NCBI GenBank assembly: GCA_963805905.1
Contig: CAWDVV010000001.1
Coordinates: 3,162,259-3,226,258 of the forward strand
From: an uncultured Microthrixaceae bacterium
GTDB taxonomy: Bacteria > Actinomycetota > Acidimicrobiia > Acidimicrobiales > Microtrichaceae
Reading direction: 5' to 3'
DNA length: 64,000 nt
Shown here: positions 48,384 to 58,527 of the stretch, in pieces
Position numbering within the stretch: the stretch's first letter is position 1
How the letters are laid out: each line of letters starts with the position of its first letter
Notes under the pieces: model-generated
Seen by the model: the letters and a program-made list of their open reading frames with translations, nothing else
Databases searched by the model: none
Told to the model about the DNA's origin: nothing
Position numbers and translations under genes: made by a program

Positions 48384-48826
48384 GGCATGCCTACCACTAC
48401 TTGGCCCCTGGCGGTTTCAAGACCCACGTCAACCTCGAGCACGAGTCGGTGTGCAAGCGAGTCAGTTGCCGGACATGCACCGAAACCGCCCGTATCAGGA
48501 TCCCAGTGCTCGATGCTGTCCACCGTGACAACCGTGTCGGGGTCGGACCAACCCAAGCCCGACGACACGTAGGCCTCATAGGAATCCTGGTAGTCCTGCG
48601 CCGTCGGACACGTAGAGGTCGAGGTTGGATACGGCATGGACCGGATCGACTCCGACGCGCTTGACAGCGCCGAGTCGAGTGTCTGCTGATGGTTGGCGGC
48701 GTCGGAACTCCGAAGCGCCGTGAGCAGACCCACCGCCAACGCGAGAATCACCATGGACGTGAGTGCAATGCTTATGATCACTTCCACTAGGAGAAAGCCG
48801 TGGTCGTCATGGCTACGCACTCGCAC
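48380..48826 (-). CDS. small prepilin-like protein (PilV-like minor pilin)
   Basis: DDHGFLLVEVIISIALTSMVILALAVGLL prepilin-type hydrophobic N-terminus. First gene of a three-gene overlapping operon. The start may be the second GTG (48820). Confidence 0.7.
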   Translation of the reverse strand: MRVRSHDDHGFLLVEVIISIALTSMVILALAVGLLTALRSSDAANHQQTLDSALSSASESIRSMPYPTSTSTCPTAQDYQDSYEAYVSSGLGWSDPDTVVTVDSIEHWDPDTGGFGACPATDSLAHRLVLEVDVGLETARGQVVVGMP

Positions 48827-49144
48827 TCTCCCTTCGTCCTAGTGGAAACGCCGAATCATCCACCCTCCAGCAGTGGACACTCCGACCGGCGGGCCGCCCC
48901 GTTTGCCCAACACGCAAGCGTTCCTGCTTTTGGGCGCCGCGTCAAGGTCGTGGAGGGGGGATAAGTCCCCAATCCTGTGTTCACCCATACGCCTGGCTAC
49001 TGCCGGACCGCCCACAACAGCGCTTTGCCACTGCCTGCGATTGGCTTCGCAGAGGTGCCCCGTACACTGAAAGGACCCTAAGAGCGCCTCCTGGCAGCTC
49101 GGGGCGTTGATAGTCAGTTCGAGCGAAGCAGGGAAGGGCGCCGG

Positions 49145-52100
49145 ATGACCGAGGTCACCGACGAGACGGGCCACAGGGCAGGCGGGCGCCCCAGCCGTGG
49201 ACCAACGCCTGCGCCCCGCGAGATCCACCTGGGTTCATATCTCGTGAGGTTGCCGTCACCTAACGACCCCCGTCTCCACCTGGCAGTGGTCACCACCGCG
49301 CTCCAGGTTCTGGGTCAGACAGTGTTCGGTTTCAATGTGTCGATCGCGGAGATCCTCGTCACCATCACCGTGTGCGGGCTGATCGACTTCAGCGTGACAC
49401 TGGTACGGGATCACGCGATCGCATGGCCCGCCAGCGGCCTACTCACCGGCAACGGCATCGCCCTGATCCTGCGTGTACCTGGAACCCAGAACGGCGACTG
49501 GTGGTCGTTTCGGAGTTGGTGGATCTTCGCGGGAGCAGGAATCCTGGCACTGGCCTCCAAGTACCTGATCCGGGTGCATGGCCGCCACATCTTCAACCCG
49601 TCGAACATTGCCCTGGTGGTGACGTTCGTGCTCCTCGGGTCGGGACGAGTTGACCCACAGGTGTTGTGGTGGGGCCCTTTCAGCGCGGGTCTGGTTCTCG
49701 CGTTCGCGGTGATCCTCGCTGGGAGTGTGGTGATCACACGCAAAGTTGGCCAGAGCGCAAGCGCATTGTCGTTCTGGGTTGTGTTCGCGACGGCTGTCGG
49801 ACTGATCGCCGCCACCGGCCACAGCATCACAGCGAGTTGGCATGTTGGTGCCATCTCAGGTTGGGACTACTGGGTACTTCTGGTGACCTCACCCGAGGTG
49901 CTCGTATTCCTCTTCTTCATGATCACCGACCCGAAGACCGCTCCTTCACAACGACGAGGACAGGTCATCTACGGCGCAGCGATCGCGTTGGTGGGTGCGG
50001 CGATCATCGCCACCCAGGGCGACGAGTTCGGCACCAAGGTCGGCATACTCGCGGGACTCACCCTCATCAGCCCGTTTGTCGGCTTGATCAGGGCCCACGC
50101 CTCGAGTTGGACCGCTACGCGTCGTTTCGGTCTCCGGGTCGGAGGCGCGATCAGCGTTTCCCTTGCGGCGGTAGCACTGCTCGCATCCACTACGGGGAGC
50201 GCAGCAAGGGTTGCGGTCACCGCCTCGCCCGAACACAGGGCCGACTTTCCGGTCGACATGTCTTCGCTACCGGAGGTGGCGATAGATCCACCGGAGGAGC
50301 GACTCTCCACGGACCTCGACCAGGTTCTCGCAAACCAACTCGCTCACGACGTGATCCAGGATCTCGAGATGGAAGCTTCCGCGTTGGGACCCAAGATGTG
50401 GAGCTTGCACGTGAGGTTCTCGCATCAGGACGACTCAAGGCGGTGGAGGGCGCCATCCACTCGGGCACCACCCAAGGCGATGTCATCGAGTACGACATCG
50501 AGTCTCTTCGAGCCGTCGTCCTACCGGCCTCCTCGGGCCCGCAGGCGCCGCCGGCACTCGGCGTGCATGCGCGCGGCGCAGGTGTCGGTCGACAATGAGG
50601 CGGCTGACCTGGACGCCATCTACCTCACACGCGAGACCGACGGGGTCCACCTGATCACGGGCGCGGTTTCGCCCGACGGGAAAAGATTGCCACCGCCGGC
50701 AGTCGAACGCGACAGCGCAGACAGCGCCGATGAGCCCGAGCTACCGGCCGCGCCGTCAAACTCGCCCGCGGCCATCCCTCCCCCCTGGAACCCGGGTGAC
50801 CCAGCACTCGGATCTCTGACCTTCACCGAAGTGACCGCCCAAGCTGGCCTGGACGAACCGTATGCAGCGGTTCCGCTCAGAGATGACGAGGGGATGAGCT
50901 CAGGTGTTGCTGCGGCCGACATCGACAACGATGGCGACATCGACCTCTTCGTCCCCCGCTTCGGCAAGCCCGATGCCCTGTTCGTCAACGACGGGGCGGG
51001 ACACTTCTCCGATATCGCCGCCTCAGCCGGGGTCCAAGGACCCGACGATGGGCAGGGGTCGGCGACCGGGTCCTTCGCAGACCTGAACGGCGATGGTCAT
51101 CTGGATCTGATCGTGATCGGAACTGGCACACGTTCCAACCGGTTGTACATGAACAGGGGCGACAACACATTTTCCGATGAGACGTCCGAACGCGGAATAC
51201 CGACAACGGATCTGGTCGATTCGGGTGAGAGCAACCAGATGCACGATGTCGCCATAGCCGACGTGAACGGTGATGGAGCACTCGACCTGCTCCTGCTCCA
51301 TTGGTGGGACACCCTGACCCAGGGAGACTCAGCAGTCGACTCAGTGGAAGCGGAGATTGCTGTGCGCGGCAACGGCATCCTCGACTCTTCGGGGTGCGCA
51401 CGATCCACGGTGTTGCGTGAGGCGGGGTTCCCGGTCGACGACGATTCCGGCCCGAACCGCTCAGCTCTCATGCTCAATGACGGCAAGGGCCACTTCTCTG
51501 ATGTCACGAACGAATACAACCTCCCGCTGGATGAGGTCGTGGCGTTCACCGGTGAATTCAACGATCTCGACGGTGACGGCCTCCCGGATCTGGCCATTAC
51601 CGGCGACTACTGCACGCTCGCGCCTGTTCAAGAACGTCGATGGCAAACGTTTCGAGGATGTGACTGCGGACGCCGATGTGGCCACCGACGAGAACGCCAT
51701 GGGTTCGGTGATCAGGGACGTGAACGGCGACGGACTGGCCGACTGGCTCGTGAGTTCGATCAGCAACCCGAGCGATGATCCTCCACCTGTTCCCTCTGGT
51801 TCCGGAAATCGCCTCTATCTGAACAACGGAAACATGACCTTCAAGGACGCCACCGATACCTACGGCCTCCGCGACGCCGGTTGGGCCTGGGGTACGGCCG
51901 CCGAGGACTTCGACAATGACGGAACGCTCGAGATTGCCATGACCAACGGGTTTGATTCCACCGCGTTCAATTCGCAGGTGGATGTGCCCGGCTGGGTCCG
52001 AAAGTACTTCGAGACATTCCGCACAGACAGAACACATTTCTGGTACCGCGACGGCCGGTGTACCGAGACGCGGCAGCTGCGGTTGGAATCAACGACACCA

Positions 52101-52503
52101 CGATCGGCCATGGGCTGGTCACCTTCGATATGGACGGCGATGGCGACCTGGACCTGCCTGATCACGCCGTCGGATGGCCCGCCACGGCTCTACCGGAACG
52201 ACACCCTCGCCGTGAACCACTGGTTGACGGTGGGCCTTGATGATCCGACGAATCCGGGTAACCGATGGGGCGACGGCGCACGGATCGAGGTGATCACAGA
52301 CACAGGGGATGTCCCTGTCGTTGGCTGGATCTCGACGGGTGGGTCGTACGAGTCCCAGAAGCCGCCGCTGTTCCACGTAGGTCTTGGCACTGACGACGCG
52401 CCGATAGACCGCATCGAGGTGTTCTGGCCCGGCGGGAAACGCCCTCAGGTGCTCAGCAGATGTCGGGGTGGACCAGCAGCTCACCATCAAACGTTCCCGC
52501 TGA
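49145..52503 (+). pseudogene. RnfD/NqrB-like polytopic membrane domain fused to FG-GAP/VCBS beta-propeller and ASPIC/UnbV-like C-terminus; at least 4 frameshifts
   Basis: The membrane part carries FFMITDPKTAPSQRRGQVIYGAAIAL (RnfD/NqrB signature region). C-terminal FG-GAP repeats include DIDNDGDIDLFV, DLNGDGHLDLIV, DVNGDGALDLLL, DLDGDGLPDLAI, DVNGDGLADWLV, DFDNDGTLEIAM and DMDGDGDLDL. The ASPIC/UnbV-like end is GARIEVITDTG...GGSYESQ...RIEVFWPGGK...DQQLTIKRSR*. Frame changes are near 51615, 52050, 52155 and 52450, and possibly a compensating pair near 50390 and 50590. Confidence 0.7.
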
Positions 52504-52526
52504 AGGCGATCCAGCCACCCCAGGAA

Positions 52527-53367
52527 CTACCCCACAACGGCGTCGAGTATCGGACCTGACAGTCCGATGCACAAGAACGTGGCGGCCACCATGGCCGGCC
52601 CGAAAGGCACCTTTGCCTTGCGGCCCCTTGCGCCGAGCGCCACGAGACCCAGCAGGAGCCCGATCATCGCCGAGGCACCCATGGCGAGCACACCCATGAA
52701 CACAGCGCCCAGGACCGAGCCCTGGGCGTAGAACCCCAGGACGAAACCAAGCAACGCAGCGAGGCGTACGTCGCCGAACCCCATGCCCTGGGGCATCGCG
52801 AACCAGAGCAGGAACAGCGGCCCGGCGAACACAGCCAGCCCCACCCCGCACTCAGCAACCAGCGCCACTCGCCTTCGATCCCTGCAGCCACCACGCAGAG
52901 AGCAACTGCGACGAGAAGCGGGCCAGACGATGCGCGTGGGCACGATCAGGGTGCGCAGGTCGATGACGGCCACCGCCACGCCCACCGGGATCAGCCAGAG
53001 CACCGGCAGCGATGTCCACTCGAACCCCAGAATCAGAACCGCCGCAAGGAAGAGAGCAGGAACGCGCGAACTCGACCACCGGGTGGAACGCCGGGATGCG
53101 TTCGCCGCAACCGCGGCACCGGCCCCGGAGCACGAGCCAGGACACGACCGGGATGTTGTCGGCCGCGGTCACCTCGGCACCACAGCTGGAGCACCGGCTC
53201 CGGCCGCCGAACACCTCGCGCCACGGACGCGTGTCCCACAGCTCGCCGAACTCGTTGGGCTCGTCGAGCGCCAGTGGCAGACGATCGATCACCACACAGG
53301 TGAACGACCCGATCGCCACGAAAGCGAGCGTCCCGAAGACGAGCATCAGGATTTCAGCGGTGCTCAC
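52527..53367 (-). pseudogene. pilD: prepilin peptidase / N-methyltransferase PilD, multiple frameshifts
   Basis: Cys-rich N-terminal box (RSRCSSCGAEV...LRGRCRGCGERIP) in ORF 52852..53451. Peptidase A24 TM core (VAVIDLRTLIVP...GMGFGDVRLAALLG...KVPFGPAMV) in ORF 52527..53003. Middle pieces fall in a third frame (ORF 52664..52894). Confidence 0.75.
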
Positions 53368-54534
53368 GCATGGGCTCCCGGCGCGCCGGCGCCCGACCAC
53401 GAAGTGGGCGGGAGCGGGAATGTCGGGATCGATCTTGGTGTGCGCTGCCAAGGCCGGCGATCTCGTCGGGATGACACCGAAGCGGCAACAGCGTCCTCGT
53501 AGCTGATGATGCCGCGGTGCACCAGAGCTGCCAGGGACTGCTCCATGACCATCATCCCGTCCTTCTGGCCGGTGGCGATCAGGTTGCGGAGCTGGCGGAC
53601 CTTGCCCTCACGGATGATGTTGGAGATCGCCGGGGTGCCCATCAGCACCTCGTAGGCGGCCACGCGGCCGCCGCCGATGCGGGGCACCAGGCGCTGCGAG
53701 AGCACCGCGGCCAGCGCCATGGAGAACTGGGTGCGGATCTGGTCCTGCTGGTCGGACGGGAACACGTCGATGATGCGGTCGACGGTCTGTGCAGCGTCGT
53801 TGGTGTGCAGCGTCGCGAACACCAGGTGGCCGGTCTCGGCCAGGGTGAGCGTGAGCGCGATAGTCTCGAGGTCGCGCATCTCGCCCACGAGCACCACGTC
53901 GGGGTCTTCGCGTAGTGCCGCCTTGAGCGCCTCGGCGAACGACACGGCAGTCCTGGCCGACCTCGCGCTGGTTGACCAGCGCCTGCGCGGAGTGGGTGGA
54001 TGTACTCGATCGGGTCCTCGATGGTGAGGATGTGCAGCGGGCGGTTGCGGTTGATCCAGCCGATCATCGCCGCCAGCGTGGTGGACTTGCCCGAGCCGGT
54101 CGGGCCGGTCATCAGCACCAGCCCGTGGGGCCGCTGCAGCAGCGGGGCGGTTGCGTCGGGCAGACCCGATCTCCTCGGGGGTGGGGATCTCGGTGGGAAT
54201 GAGCCGCAGGGCGAGCGCCGGGCGGTCGAGCTGGAAGAAGGCGTTGGCCCGGAAGCGGGCGGCGTCGCCCCAGGTGAAGGCGAAGTCGAGCTGGCGCTGC
54301 GCGCCGGAACTCCTCGAATCCCGAATTGTCGAGTAGGGAACCAGCCGCTTGGTCCGCGCCCAGCACCTCATCCATGAATTCGACGGTCACGACCGGCGAT
54401 TCTGGGATTGCGACCAGGCGACCGTCGATACGGACCCTGGCCTGGGTGCCGGCGGCCAGGTGCAGGTCGGTGGCGCTGTTGTCCCACAGGTAGCGCAGGT
54501 AGAGGTCGATCAGGGATGTATCTGGTGAGTACAT
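53364..54534 (-). pseudogene. pilT: type IV pilus retraction ATPase PilT-like, at least 3 frameshifts
   Basis: N-terminus with ATDLHL in ORF 54112..54633 (ATG 54534, strong GGGGGAGGA RBS). Walker [14 protein letters not shown] in ORF 53642..54118. [16 protein letters not shown]...[11 protein letters not shown]...AISNIIREGK in ORF 53364..54371. The 3' boundary is uncertain. Confidence 0.8.
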
Positions 54535-54604
54535 GAGAGGTTCCTCCCCCCGGTGATGTCCGAGAGTATTCGGTCGAAGTGAGTCCAACTGGTTCTTAAA
54601 ACGG

Positions 54605-54639
54605 TATCGGGTGGGACCGGAAACCGGCCCCACCCGATA
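54605..54639 (-). terminator. intrinsic terminator downstream of the major pilin gene
   Basis: 11-bp stem TATCGGGTGGG/CCCACCCGATA with an internal CCGG-AAA-CCGG. On the transcribed (minus) strand it is followed by CCGTTTTAAG. It lies 25 nt after the pilin stop. Confidence 0.6.
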
Positions 54640-54663
54640 GAAGGTTGTGCTGCTGGTCCTGGA

Positions 54664-54999
54664 TCAGCAGGTAGCCGGAGCACCAGCCACGGGGCTAGCC
54701 GCCACAGCAGTCGTGTTGTTGCCGGTGACCTCGTAGTACTCACCATCATTGGCTTCGAGGAAAGCCTCGGCGTCGTACTGGGCGGAGGTGGAGCCCTTGG
54801 ATGCTTCAACGGCGGTCTGGACCATGCGCTTCTCGATCGAGCAGGCCGAATCCTGCGCCGAGCCGGTCACGTTGCCGACTGCGAACACGACGACGCCACC
54901 GAGGATCGCCAGGATGGCGATGACCACGAGGAGTTCGATCAGTGTGAATCCACTCTGGCCCCGGTTCTCCATACGCTTCTGTACAAATGCATTCTTCAT
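54664..54999 (-). CDS. type IV major pilin (prepilin with class III signal peptide)
   Basis: MKNAFVQKRMENRGQSG|FTLIELLVVIAILAILGGVVVF. Small 111-aa protein. GGGAGAA RBS. C-terminal Cys. Confidence 0.85.
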   Translation of the reverse strand: MKNAFVQKRMENRGQSGFTLIELLVVIAILAILGGVVVFAVGNVTGSAQDSACSIEKRMVQTAVEASKGSTSAQYDAEAFLEANDGEYYEVTGNNTTAVAASPVAGAPATC

Positions 55000-55152
55000 T
55001 TGGTTCTCCCTTTGGAAGTGAATGGAAGCGCCGATCGCCCCCACAGTTTGGTTTGGATTGCCCTCAGACCTGATGTCAGGAGCGAGGCTCCAAGGTCATA
55101 CTGTCAACCTTGGAGTCTGTGTTCACGCTCGGCTTCTTGCTGGACATAAGTC

Positions 55153-55180
55153 ATCGTACAGGAAACAATCTGAAATACAA
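55153..55180 (-). promoter_or_regulatory. candidate sigma70-type promoter for the pilin gene (TTGTAT-N16-TACGAT on the minus strand)
   Basis: Read on the minus strand in the AT-richer 340-bp gap upstream of the pilin. It would give a leader of about 150 nt containing a 9-bp inverted repeat (55088-55115). Based on the hexamer match only. Confidence 0.3.
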
Positions 55181-55341
55181 CATAGGTTGTGCTACCCATT
55201 TCGGCCGCCAAGCGACTGGGCAGAAAGGCCCATGGAACCCGCATCACGTGGACCCAGCATCTCAGGTGTGGTCACTCTGCGACGGCGATGCTTTCCCGGA
55301 TACCGAAATGGCGAACGAGCGACACCGGCACCTGTACAAGA

Positions 55342-58300
55342 TCAGCCGATCGACCAGTCCTCGATCTGCAGGCCCGAGCCAGGGCCTCCCACGTCGTTGA
55401 TACGCACCTTGGCGGTGCCTACCACCCGAGCGCCTCCGGGATCCGGAACCGTAGCCGTCAGCTCCACGATCCGCTCGGCCGGTTTGGTGGGCGAACAACA
55501 GATCACCCCGGCCTCGCCACCCGCTCAACGTAGCTACCCAGCGACGCCAGGATCATGTGCCCCCCCGATCGCCACCGATTCTCCGGATCGGTCCGTAGGA
55601 GGAGCTGGTCCGTTCCAACGCAGGTTCAGGTCGTTGCGTGGCATCGACACCTGTCCGAAGATGTTGAACGAAGAATCGTGTGATGGACCGTCTCCCATGG
55701 TCATCAGGGCTGGAGCCCGTGGCTTGGTGTATTGACCCGAGGTGACCGTCGAGAGCCGCACGGAGTCGATCCGGACACCGAAGTCGGCTCCACCGAATGT
55801 CGTCCCGTTGCGCTCGACATGGACCTCGAGCACCGCAGTTGCCCCAATGAGCTGTTCGGAGCTGGTCAATACCGTGTGACAGGTACCGGCAACGTCTCCA
55901 TCGAGGAGATCGAGGTACACACCCTGGCCCCAGAAGGGCACTCGTGACCAGTAGGCAACACAGGAGCCGCCCGGTGTGTCGCGCATGTTCGAGATCGTGA
56001 CCCGCATCCATGAATCCTTGGAAATGTCGGGCTCACCATTTATGTCGTAGAAGCTCCCGTGGGTGAAGAAGTTCTGGTCGGTGGTCTCACCGGTGACGAT
56101 GACCCCGCGAGCGTTCCAACGTCCCGTCAACAGGTACGTGAGGGGAGGTGAAGTTGTCGAAACCGGTCATCGTGACCTGCCGGGTGGCGCTCGGACACGA
56201 TCCGGTCCAACCGCAGCCACTGGGCCGAGTAGCCAGAATGTTCGCCGTCGGTCTTCAGGACGTTGTTGGCATTGTTCCAACCCGATCCGGGGGTAGCGCC
56301 GCTGGGCACCAGTACCACCCGGCCTGCAGTTCGAGGCCGTCCAGGAAGATTCGGTTGGTATACGTACCGAAGCCGAACGAAACGTTCTTGTTGAGCCTGA
56401 AGCTCACGTCCACCCCAGCACCTTCAAGGTCCTGGCGGGTCAGGCCCACGTCCTTGCATCTGGGAGTCGACCCGACCTGATCCGCGACCGGTGACATCAG
56501 GTCATACGCGAGGGTCGGGCGTAGGTGCCCAATCGAGTCCGGTATGTACGGGAAATAGACCGCACACGCAACCGTCGATGGATTGGTGGCACGATAGAAC
56601 TTGATCTCGGTACCGATCTTGCCACTCGAATAGAAGGTGAACCCCCGATCGGTACCGTCTGACTGCGCACGCACCAACAGGTCCAGCGAGTCCAGCCGTC
56701 CCGCTCTGGGCGGAACACCGGCTGGATTCCACGAGCCCTGTACTTCACGTCACCGGCACACTTGCCATTGAAGATGATCGAGCAGGTGAACTGCGCCGTC
56801 GAGATGTTGTTGTCGATCACCCAGGAGTTCTCCGGGGCATTGACTTGGCACTCCCGCTGTTCCAAGGGAGCCAGTCGGCACCGAACACGCCGCCGACCGC
56901 CTGGTTGATCTCCACCGTCGACAGGGATGGATTCGCGATGCCCTTCCATCCTCCGTCGGCATCGCCGGCCTGCCATATTGCGGCTGGGATGTTGCTGGTG
57001 GACTCCTCGACCGATTGGTCACACATCGCAACCCTGCCCGCCAGTGGCGGATCGTTGTGCGGGGACTCAACTGGACCTCGACACCGGGCGCCGCTGCATT
57101 GCAGGCCTCGGGGAACGTTGACGAGGCAGCGCCGGCGACACTGAAGCCGTCAGTCGGAACCCCGAAGATCACCCGAACAGTGGGGTCGCTGATGATAAGG
57201 CTGTTCCACAGGTTTCGATCCTGAGCTGAGCCGTTGGGCTTTGTCGGGTCGTCGACGTCGAACCAGTACTTGCCGAAGCGCTGGCACTGGCAGAGCGGAA
57301 CCAGAATGTGCGGTTCGGGCAGGTTCCACCGAGGAGGTCATTGAGAGCTGTGGTCTGTGCCTTCCCATAGGCACCTGGGGGCGACTCCACAAGCACCTCC
57401 AGCTGAAGCGCTGCAGCTCGGAGTCGCCACGAACGACGTGAAGGTCTCCCCGAGAGTCGGCCGCAGAGCAACACCTGAGTCGTTCTCGATCTCGTTGAGC
57501 GCGGATCGAGCGCCTGCGCATCGGTAGCTGCCGAACCGCAAATGGGCACGCCCACGAGGCGGTGTCCAATCGCGGACCTGCGCCCCGATCGCGTTCCAGA
57601 AATTGCCCTGCTGCGAAACCCCGCAATCGACACCCAGGACCGAGGAGAACAGGCCGTTGTCACCTTGTTCGTAGCTTCCGGCAACCTCCACCGCCGGCTC
57701 CTGCTGGCTGGAGGAACCATCGTGGCGAGGGCGCCGTGCCTCGCCAGCACGTCGGCCGCGAACTTGAGCGTCTTTTCATTGTCCGGGTTGGTGGAGTCGA
57801 GGTCTGCCGTGTGCACAAGGCTCGGTTTGGCATTCGTGAACTCAGTGGGCGCGTAGCTGGTGTAGTTCGCGGATCCGATGCCGAGGGACCACGGTCCACA
57901 CGATCCAGACCCGCCGCGCCGAGTAGGCAGTCGACGCCCCATGCACGGGTCGGGTGATGAACTCACCGATGGATACCGTCTGCACCCACCAACCGAACAC
58001 TGGGAGCGGTCGCAGCTGGGAAGTCGCTCACGGGCATCGACAGGGTCGATTCCTCGCACGTGCCGGTGACGGTCACGGTGAGTCGTTGCTCGGGAAGTCC
58101 ACCCCCGCAGGATCGATGCAGTTGTCGTTGAGGCCGAGTTCGCCGGAGGGATCCATGCGCAGCATGTTTACGGTGGACTCGAGGGCGTTGTCGGCAGCCC
58201 TCACCTCCTTGGCTGTAAGGATCTCGGAGCGATTGGCCTTCGACGCAGTAAGCGTCATGCTCATCAGCGCGATCAGCGCCACACCGGCCACGCCGACGAT

Positions 58301-58407
58301 CACGAAGAGCGCCTGCCGAGCAGCACGAACCCCGACTCGGCCGTTTGACTTGACCGGCATGCGCCTCGATCAGTCTGACCTGAGGTTGATCCAATCGAAG
58401 TCAGCAT
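55342..58407 (-). pseudogene. paralogue of the 936-aa PilX-like giant protein, broken by many frameshifts
   Basis: N-terminal MLTSIGS... (ATG 58407, RBS GAAGGGGGA), then RAARQALFVIVGVAGVALIAL...KEVRAADNALESTVNMLR (compare REQRAADGGLETALTRIR in the intact copy). Internal ALNDLLGGTCPNRTFWF matches AMNNLFDGSCSGTLFHF. The C-terminal AGVICCSPTKPAERIVELTA...LQIEDWSIG* (my translation, stop 55342-55344) matches VGVLCCGPGQREVRIVSKI. Fragments are spread over ORFs 55534..56130, 56255..56677, 56497..56976, 56750..57172, 57169..58059 and 58073..58360. Confidence 0.7.
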
Positions 58408-58527
58408 GAATCCCCCTTCGTCGGGCGACCAGGCTCCCCCACTTGCCGGATCGTGCATCCTTGGTCCTCATCTTTTCGACGTTATAGGTTCTCTAAAACC
58501 CCCGCCGGGGCCGTTCGCAGTGATACG

